From the IMG/VR virus record IMGVR_UViG_3300035521_000139, positions 38,654-102,653 of that record: a stretch of 64,000 nt of DNA; one strand, 5' to 3'. The stretch comes from a virus (lineage: Duplodnaviria > Caudoviricetes). Below, piece by piece: positions 57,501-64,000 of the stretch. Both the position numbers and the translations under genes were made by a program. Position 1 is the stretch's first letter; each line of letters begins with the position of its first letter. The notes under the pieces are model-generated. The model had not been told where the DNA came from. It worked only from the letters and a program-made list of their open reading frames with translations, and made no database searches.

Positions 57501-60500
57501 CTCGATCCCAAACATCATAATCTATTTTTTCTGATTCTCTTAATTGCTCGTCATCCTCGAATTCATCATCACCTTCTTTAGCTGCATTTTCTAAAGCAGC
57601 TCCAGTATCTAATTTTTGAGCTTCTTCTCCAGTTATAGCATCTTCTCCCATAGGTAAATCATCTGCTATTGTAGGTTCAATACCAGTAATAGCACCTTCA
57701 GGAATTAATGGTGTGTTAGTATTATCATTATTTTCACCATTCTCTCCTGCATTCTCACCAGTATTTCCTTCTGTAGGAGGAGTAGTTTCAGGAGCTTGTT
57801 CTTCAGGAGCTTTAATTTGAGATTCTTGACCACTATAATTATTAGCTTCTGATACTAAAGTTTCTTCATTAGCCAAAGAAAGAACCTTCTCAGGTTTAGC
57901 TTTCATTTGATTGAAAAATTCTTGTAAATTACTCATGGAATCTTCTAAACCTTCTTTATCAATAGCAGATTCTACTTCAAGTGCTTTACCATTTCCTAAT
58001 ACTATATAAGAAATTGCAGAATCAAATTTATTATTTTTATCAAGAAAATCAATATAAGTAGCATAAACAGGAACACCATTAATATTACCTAAAGGAATTA
58101 ATTCTACTTTATGAACTTTGTGCTCAGAAGTAGTGGTTGCTGTACCAACTCCTTGGTCATTTGCTCCTGATAATTTAGTTATTTCATGCTCTACATCAAT
58201 ATAACCAGTAACTGTTTGTACTCCTAATTTTTCTGCTACTTGTTTAACAGCTATATTAGAGTTAGGTTTAGCACTACCATGTTTTTGAGGTTTAAAAATA
58301 GCATGTTCACTAGATTTAGTAGCTGTAGGAGCTTTTGTACCAGTATTTCCCTCTGTACCAGTATTTCCTTTTGCAGGAGGATTACTTTCAGAAGTAACTT
58401 TACCATTAGCAATAACATATTTTAGGAATCCTTCAAGTATTTTAGCTTTCTCAATATCAGTGAATTTATCATTATTAAAATATAAATCCATAGATTCTTT
58501 TGAGTAGGTACTTATTTCAATTTGAACCTTTCCATCAATAACTTTAATTTCTAAATTATCTATATAATAATCTCCCCTAGGCACTCCTTCTTCTTTGTTA
58601 TCAACTCCTTCAGCAAGTTCTAGTAATCTTTCTAATGATATTCCTACAGATTCTGGAGTAATTGAAAACGCTCTTTTAAAATCTACAGTTCTATAAATTT
58701 GTGTGAGAACACCTCCTGTTTCCATTACCATTGCATCATATCCTAGACTTTTAAACAATTCAATTGCTTGTTTATCAGTAGGAGCTAACTTTTGAAGTTG
58801 TGCTAAAAGTGCTTGAATACTAGCAATTAACTTATTATATTCTTCAGATTCTTGTGTATTAGTTCCAGGAGTATTAGTATTAGGAGTTTTAGCTTTAGGA
58901 GGATTAGTATTTGGGTTATTAGTCCTAAGAGCTAATCCTTTAGCATCTAAAGGAACATTAACATTAGGATTATATTCAATAGGAATACCCGACTCTCTTT
59001 TAGCTTCTGTTATTTGGTCATCATTATTGAAAGTAAGTTTAACAGGTACTATTTGTAAATTATGAACAGGAATACCAAATTGAGATTCAAACAAGTTTTT
59101 ATAAGCAGATAATTGTAAAGTGTAATAATCCTTATTACTCATTATTTGCCAACTAGCTTTTGTCTCAAATTTAGATTTATGATTTTGATAACTATGGAAG
59201 GTATATTGAGAAGTTTTAGCATCCCAAATTTGCACATTACCAGTCTTCTTATTAATAAGGAGCATATCTACTTCACCTGCTATTCTCCTACCATCTGGAT
59301 ATTTATGATAAATAGTAATATTATCTGTCATAACAATCCAATCTTTTTCTAAAGCTTCTCTCATTTTAGTAAATGAATCTACTATTTTGTCAAAAGCTTC
59401 TTGAGTCATATTAGTAGGTTTGGTAGGAGTTTTATTAGTAAATATATCTCTATAAATACTATCAATAGCACTACCAGCATCTAAAGCTCTTTGAGACTTA
59501 GCTCCTAGCATAGAATCTCTTACACTATTAAGTATAGCGTTTATATCACTATTAGATAATGATTCTACACCTTCAAATTGATCTAATTTAATACCATATT
59601 TTTTAGCAATACTCTTTATATAAGCAGCTAATGTAGTAGTATTATTATAAGAATTTAAATTTTCTTTAATTTTATCTAGATCTTTTTGTTTACCTTCTGA
59701 TAATGTATCTGTACTATTAGATCCTAAAGCTTTATGTACTCTATCATAAGCATGGTATTCTCCATCTTCTTCTCTAATATAATAATGTTCACTATCTGTT
59801 CTAGTTTTATCTATAGCAGCTTGAGAAGATTCTATGGTTTGTTTAGTAGCTTCAGCTTTTGAAGTAGTGTTAGTGGTACCTCCGTTATTCCCTTCTTTAT
59901 ATCCAAGAGTTACTTTTACTTTCTCAGCCTCTTCTCCAGTAATCCATTTCTTGTTAATAGTATCTAATACTTTTCCTTTAGGAGTAACACATTTTCCTTC
60001 AGTAATATCAGGACCATTTTTAGTATCTCCAAAAGTTTTTTGTGCCCATACTAAAGCCATTGCTAATAGCTCTTCTTCAGTAGTAGGTTTATGAGCCTGT
60101 TCTCCTTCTTTTCTAATAGTAACAGAATTTAAATCTACAAAGTATTCAGTATTATCTAATGTATAGCTAACTTCATTAGCATTGGTTCTATTAGTACTAG
60201 GTCCTATAGGATTAGTTCTTCTTTCAGGATTAACAGCTGCTTGAGATTTACCTTCTGCATTAATATATTCAGTAGTAAACCAGTTATTTTGAACTTCAGC
60301 AGAAGTAATATTTGAAGTCAATACATTACTTTCAACTAAATCATCATTATAACTACCTTCATTAATCATTCCAGAGTTTACCTGAATAGGAACATTAGCA
60401 GATTGAAGAACTTTAGTCAATTCTTGTACTATGGTTTTATGAGGAATTTCTTTTGTTACTTCGTGCATACCATCATCTTCCATAATCATTTGGGTAGAAG

Positions 60501-63500
60501 ATATTTTAATATAAGAGACTTTCTCCTTTCTCCTCTTATTACCTTGACCATCATCTTCATAAATCTCATCTCCATTAACATCTCTTTCTACTTGTATAAT
60601 TCTAATAGCAGTATCTCCGCTATTTTCTATTAAATCAATATGAAGATTTCCTGTATAAAGAACTCTACTTAATTCAGAAAAAGCTGCATTTAAATCCTCT
60701 TCAGTTAATACATCAGCCATCTTTTCAATAGCTTCCATAATAGCTTTACCAGTTTTAGTTCCCGCTACAGTAGCATCTGAAAGATCAAATTCACTAGCAT
60801 TAAAATGTTTTACTCTTACAGCTACTGGAGAATATGTTCCTCTAGCATTAGGAATAAGTAAATAAAGTCTACCTTCTTTATTACTAACATCTTGTAATTG
60901 TTCTATTTGAGAAGCAGCAATTTTACCATTAGTAATAAGAGTGCCGTTTCTCATAATAGCAAACATTGGATGTGAACCCTGTTGTTGTACTTTAGGAATA
61001 TCTTTAAGACTCTTTTCTTCACTATTGTAGCCTACTTTACCAAGCATTATTCTATCTACTTTAGTATTTCTAGTTTGAGAAATAAACTTCTCTGAAATAT
61101 TATTAGCCTCAGCATATTCTTTTCTAACAGCATCAATAACACTTTGTAATCCTTCAAACTTAGCAATACTACCAGGAGATTCATCAAGAGAGCCTATTAC
61201 TTGACCATCTTCAGTTACCATAAAAATAGTAGGACCTTTATGCCAAGGTTTATCTTTAACAGATTCCTCAAATTGAGGATCTATCATAAATCTTACAATA
61301 GCTCCGGGTTTTAGTTTTCCTTGATTTACATATTCAAAAGCACCATTTTGCTTTAAATAATTATAAATAGCAGAAAAATCCAATCCTTGTTTTTGCATTG
61401 CTTCATCAAAAGGAACAAATACTCCACCTTCTTGTGACCAAATATAAAATTCAGGTACAGCAGGTCTATAATATTTACTACCCTCAGTAGCTTGATTGGA
61501 AACAGCTCCTTTTCCTATTTGCTCATTTTCTTGATTTAATTCTTCACCACTAATATTACCTACAGGAGCAACATAAGTATTCTTGGGAGGAGTTGTAGTT
61601 TCTACAGGGTCTACAGATGTAGTACCTCCATTATTGGTAGTAGTATTATTACCATCATTAGGAGGAGTTTCAGCAGTAGCTACAGTTTCTTCTACTGTAG
61701 GAGCAGATTCAGAAAAACCACCTTTAAAGGATTCAGATTTATTAATAGTGTCCATAGCTTTTCTTACAGCATGTTGAGCACTCATAAAAGCTTTAGCATT
61801 TTCATCAGCAGTAGCTCCTTCTTTTGCAAACATACTAGCACTATTATTAATAGCATCTGATTGAGGATTGGAAATTTCATCAAGTGTTTCTGCATTTAAC
61901 TTATGCTTATTGAACAAAGCTTTAGCATTTTGTCTTTCTTCTGCTGATAAATCAGTGTCTTTATCAATTGTATCTAATACTTGTTTACCATAAGTATTAA
62001 CCTTTCTTCTATTAGCTACTACTTGATTACCTTCTTTCTCCATTTCAGAAAGAATATTTTCAACATCCTCAACTTCATTTTCATTGTAAGCATCCATAAC
62101 CATAGCATCAAGCTCTGATTTAGTTTTAGCTGTAGAAAATTTAGTCTTTAATGGATTTTTCTTTAATTGCTCTTCTGCTTTTTGAGCAGCCTTATCAGCT
62201 TCTTCATGATCCTTCTGCATAGCTCCTGGCTCATAAAGATACTTATTAATTCTATTTGAAAGAATAGTACTTCTATTTAAGAGTCCTACCATATCAAGAA
62301 AAGACTGCATTGTATCCATAGCTTTATTAGGATCCTCTATAGTAGCAAGTACATCAGCTGTTAGCATTAGTCTGGCATTTTCATTTTCTTGCATACCAAT
62401 CATTAAAGCAGCAGTTCTATGATCAGCTTTATATAAAGCTTCGAGCCAGCCTTCATAAGACATTTTGACTTTTTTACCATTTTTATCAAATCCTATATAG
62501 TCTAATGATTCTGAAGTTTCTGCTTCTTGAGTGTTAGCAGTTTCTTCTTTTTTATTCTCTTGAGTTTGCTGAGCCTGTGTCTGTTGTTGTGCCTGAGTTT
62601 GAGTTTGCGCTTGTTCTTTAGATTTTTTTGCAGCTTCTTTTTTTGCAGCTTCTGCTGCTCTCTTTTGTTCTTGTATTTTATTTCTTCTTTCTCTTAAAGC
62701 TTTTCTTTTATCTCTACTTTCTTCAGCTTCTTTTTCATTTTCATCTAAAGCTTTATCAAACCATCTAGGAATTAAAGAATCATAAATACTTTGACCTATA
62801 TGAGACATACTTCTAGATAGTCTGTTATGCCCTCCATCAGCTTCTCTATGATTTTGTAAAATCTGTGATAAAATTTCCTTATTTTTATCCCAAATTTCTT
62901 CGCTTCTTTTAACAGACCTCTTTCTATCTACCTCCATAGCAGTAAGCTCTGCTAAATCTTCATCACTCATGTTGTCTCCATAAGAAACATCAAAATCATT
63001 TTTAGTAGATTTATACTCTTTATATAAGTCATCGAATTTCTTTTTCTCATCCTCTAACTTTTTAATCATAGTTTGCTTATCTTCCTCATTATCTAGATTA
63101 AGATTAGCAAAAGGACCTACTTTTTTACCATTTACTTCTTTAGAAGTTCCTTCTTGAATAGCTTTAAGATTTTCATCAGAAGTATCAAATCCTCCCATAG
63201 TTAATTCATGAAAATCATCAAGATAACCCGCAGAATCAAAAGCTATCATTGTACTGACAAGACCTGCTAAATCAGCATTCTCATACTCAAATTTGTCGTT
63301 GTTTTCAATAGCTTCATTCATGTCATTGTTAGCCTTAATAGCAGCATTTATACCTCTATATAATTGAGCTTTATTTTCAACAGCTGCATTAAGTCTATTA
63401 ACAACTTCATTTCTTCTATTTACAGTTTCATTATAATCTTTAAAAGCACCATAAGCACCTCCTTCAAGAACCACAGGAGATTGTAATTTACCATTAGCAT

Positions 63501-64000
63501 CATGTATTCCTCTAAATCTGGGCATTCCAAGTACTCCAGTAAGACCTCCAATAAAAAACTCTTCCCAAGCACTTAAATCTTGAGCGGTTTCAGAAATACC
63601 TCTTGCAGCTTCTTTTATCCAAGAAAGTTGTTCTTGAGTAGCATTAGGGTCTCTCTGCATCTTATAGTAATTAACTATATCATCTCCATAATAATCTGAT
63701 GCTATTTTACTAGCAGCACTTTGCGCGATTTCTTCACTACCTTCAGCTAAGAAATCCTTAGTTAATGCTTTAGTTACTCCCCAAGCTGCATTACCATTTT
63801 GAGCAACATATTTTCCTTCTTTCTTTAAAATATTACTTACAGCTCTCGAAGTTTTAAATCCTCCTGCATAGAGTTTACCAAATTCTACTATATTAGAGAA
63901 AGTAAGTATAGGGATGTTCATGAGTAAATCTGCATTACCCATTTTTAAAACATCCTCATCTATTTTCTTTTTATCATTTTCATAATTCTCAATTTCTTTT
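54541..64000 (-). CDS. Giant multidomain virion cargo protein (>3150 aa, N-terminus beyond the window)
   Basis: Frame is open to 64000; PD-(D/E)xK (GEVDML...WDAKTS...QLSAY), HEAFH zincin, GS...DID nucleotidyltransferase, HPAIGKT P-loop. Confidence 0.8.
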   Translation of the reverse strand, partial: KEIENYENDKKKIDEDVLKMGNADLLMNIPILTFSNIVEFGKLYAGGFKTSRAVSNILKKEGKYVAQNGNAAWGVTKALTKDFLAEGSEEIAQSAASKIASDYYGDDIVNYYKMQRDPNATQEQLSWIKEAARGISETAQDLSAWEEFFIGGLTGVLGMPRFRGIHDANGKLQSPVVLEGGAYGAFKDYNETVNRRNEVVNRLNAAVENKAQLYRGINAAIKANNDMNEAIENNDKFEYENADLAGLVSTMIAFDSAGYLDDFHELTMGGFDTSDENLKAIQEGTSKEVNGKKVGPFANLNLDNEEDKQTMIKKLEDEKKKFDDLYKEYKSTKNDFDVSYGDNMSDEDLAELTAMEVDRKRSVKRSEEIWDKNKEILSQILQNHREADGGHNRLSRSMSHIGQSIYDSLIPRWFDKALDENEKEAEESRDKRKALRERRNKIQEQKRAAEAAKKEAAKKSKEQAQTQTQAQQQTQAQQTQENKKEETANTQEAETSESLDYIGFDKNGKKVKMSYEGWLEALYKADHRTAALMIGMQENENARLMLTADVLATIEDPNKAMDTMQSFLDMVGLLNRSTILSNRINKYLYEPGAMQKDHEEADKAAQKAEEQLKKNPLKTKFSTAKTKSELDAMVMDAYNENEVEDVENILSEMEKEGNQVVANRRKVNTYGKQVLDTIDKDTDLSAEERQNAKALFNKHKLNAETLDEISNPQSDAINNSASMFAKEGATADENAKAFMSAQHAVRKAMDTINKSESFKGGFSESAPTVEETVATAETPPNDGNNTTTNNGGTTSVDPVETTTPPKNTYVAPVGNISGEELNQENEQIGKGAVSNQATEGSKYYRPAVPEFYIWSQEGGVFVPFDEAMQKQGLDFSAIYNYLKQNGAFEYVNQGKLKPGAIVRFMIDPQFEESVKDKPWHKGPTIFMVTEDGQVIGSLDESPGSIAKFEGLQSVIDAVRKEYAEANNISEKFISQTRNTKVDRIMLGKVGYNSEEKSLKDIPKVQQQGSHPMFAIMRNGTLITNGKIAASQIEQLQDVSNKEGRLYLLIPNARGTYSPVAVRVKHFNASEFDLSDATVAGTKTGKAIMEAIEKMADVLTEEDLNAAFSELSRVLYTGNLHIDLIENSGDTAIRIIQVERDVNGDEIYEDDGQGNKRRKEKVSYIKISSTQMIMEDDGMHEVTKEIPHKTIVQELTKVLQSANVPIQVNSGMINEGSYNDDLVESNVLTSNITSAEVQNNWFTTEYINAEGKSQAAVNPERRTNPIGPSTNRTNANEVSYTLDNTEYFVDLNSVTIRKEGEQAHKPTTEEELLAMALVWAQKTFGDTKNGPDITEGKCVTPKGKVLDTINKKWITGEEAEKVKVTLGYKEGNNGGTTNTTSKAEATKQTIESSQAAIDKTRTDSEHYYIREEDGEYHAYDRVHKALGSNSTDTLSEGKQKDLDKIKENLNSYNNTTTLAAYIKSIAKKYGIKLDQFEGVESLSNSDINAILNSVRDSMLGAKSQRALDAGSAIDSIYRDIFTNKTPTKPTNMTQEAFDKIVDSFTKMREALEKDWIVMTDNITIYHKYPDGRRIAGEVDMLLINKKTGNVQIWDAKTSQYTFHSYQNHKSKFETKASWQIMSNKDYYTLQLSAYKNLFESQFGIPVHNLQIVPVKLTFNNDDQITEAKRESGIPIEYNPNVNVPLDAKGLALRTNNPNTNPPKAKTPNTNTPGTNTQESEEYNKLIASIQALLAQLQKLAPTDKQAIELFKSLGYDAMVMETGGVLTQIYRTVDFKRAFSITPESVGISLERLLELAEGVDNKEEGVPRGDYYIDNLEIKVIDGKVQIEISTYSKESMDLYFNNDKFTDIEKAKILEGFLKYVIANGKVTSESNPPAKGNTGTEGNTGTKAPTATKSSEHAIFKPQKHGSAKPNSNIAVKQVAEKLGVQTVTGYIDVEHEITKLSGANDQGVGTATTTSEHKVHKVELIPLGNINGVPVYATYIDFLDKNNKFDSAISYIVLGNGKALEVESAIDKEGLEDSMSNLQEFFNQMKAKPEKVLSLANEETLVSEANNYSGQESQIKAPEEQAPETTPPTEGNTGENAGENGENNDNTNTPLIPEGAITGIEPTIADDLPMGEDAITGEEAQKLDTGAALENAAKEGDDEFEDDEQLRESEKIDYDVWDREQELAFLEKVLPQLSREQRLKIVEGLIKVNDRKAWGRTIKGLIILSDVAAEGTAYHEAFHAVFHYLLDAKARDKIFDEAREKYGYYSKYELEERLAEDFRRFVQASNYEDYSIAQKLKAGINAVFQSIVTEGDTSQLAEASKRLSNRYNKRSIYSNIKEFFTHLWYKIQFWNRKNPSINALFHNIYNGSYANKEFNTKNENAISKAKPFNTENVDTSKVTIKEYDKPWRSDSTRTNKSVRIYLKGKENKGYFELVKDDEGNYYSVHFKTNNGKFGNSLISASTPEERAILFEELYKVIPIGAKVSTWGSISKGGIRGLERLGSEMFQVEEREVTSKETGEKTKIPVYEKRELDKSEYTALEEEKAENLKIMQRETAKFLANFGIKLRDVSNYEGEMPLFDALNRIVNYRNADDLTEGVGYAVAFMMQHNPNINTLLKYNLPWLPKKLRKNWQAQRQAYLKEVGADIIAELRNYYGLESNRDVEKTKGKSYVKTLWNLINDFFNMFSPVAKLKLEVARNFASHVVNAIHLNDASVILNSDYKPGTKEKAVRVEIEQALRENPYEEEIISNMTNEGIALAGSASMALTGTLFRPSENPLHDIDFNSMGKSKEEIAAIIKKYFKYFHFKTEIVNSENQQTVTYFVMDRAYTTKLNKGKWWKSLFGKKVAKYDIFDKETGEYLGYYEGSEVKLNEGVHGKFLDFFVGEGNNRYPAIPKTLNGKLYLVADARNALNAKIEWQRVKDIWDYVRYLTDKEYTNLQDAKERANKYIAKKLKNAKVIWAHPAIGKTEYLKRATNILDWDAEVGEKRDRFVREQVRESPKAWALSTDSDEFKELVREYMANWTEHPEYIEFLKENWEKLKDRAKRENKVVFTSVLALMELYPDDFDLYLNSPEKTFREHNRQRGGKFYQTLRWKQTINRYLSQVDADKILTSDKYLREIYRDILGVTWETLTDAEYQALVDNGMSKEEFDSLPKIGKEEALNCVGF
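58336..58369 (-). repeat. 18-bp-unit tandem duplication (GNTGTE-GNTGTK) in a linker
   Basis: TGTACCAGTATTTCC occurs twice, 18 bp apart. Confidence 0.7.

Noticed and set aside
3240-61777. Short ORFs antisense to or nested in long genes (e.g. 3240, 8760, 10485, 17131, 23732, 27716, 30062, 30141, 36456, 36475, 37606, 40941-45512, 47001, 47589, 49903, 50549, 54911, 58240-61777)
   Set aside because: Shadow frames of well-supported genes, with no motifs or initiation context
62560-62612. Q/A/T-rich repeat in the giant protein
   Set aside because: Ordinary low-complexity linker, not a DNA-level repeat system
1-64000. Stop-codon reassignment (TAG/TGA recoding known in some crAss-like phages)
   Set aside because: Long genes are intact in code 11, TAG and TGA end genes at sensible positions, and no suppressor tRNA was found
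1-64000. CRISPR array, diversity-generating retroelement, integrase or IS element
   Set aside because: No regularly spaced repeats, reverse transcriptase, recombinase or transposase motifs seen

Overview
About 64 kb of an AT-rich Bacteroidota phage of the crAss-like (Crassvirales) type, using the standard genetic code. The left arm (minus strand, 1-8470) carries the start of the portal gene, a terminase large subunit with a class-3 (Ala1, WCT) LAGLIDADG intein in its Walker A motif, GroES-like, HU/IHF-like and Dps-like genes, and five tRNAs. A strand switch near 8.5-8.7 kb has a GC-rich inverted repeat. The plus strand then has many small early ORFs with structured intergenic elements and a sixth tRNA, a replication module (SF2 helicase, DnaB, AAA ATPase, SSB-like, primase), and a complete four-gene ubiquitin-like conjugation cassette (Ubl precursor, E2-like, JAB/MPN protease, ThiF/E1). 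Nucleases, NrdDG, dUTPase, PolA, thioredoxin and ThyX follow. The right part holds three giant virion cargo genes: a ~2870-aa two-barrel RNA polymerase whose DFDVD catalytic motif is split by a group I intron with a homing endonuclease, a 1371-aa partner, and a convergent >3130-aa multidomain protein that runs off the window. The main candidates for new biology are the phage ubiquitin-like system, a family of intergenic elements (a segment antisense to a start-codon region followed by a hairpin) that may be sRNAs, and SLOG, nucleotidyltransferase and kinase domains on probably injected proteins. All family calls come from motifs read by eye; no database searches were run.
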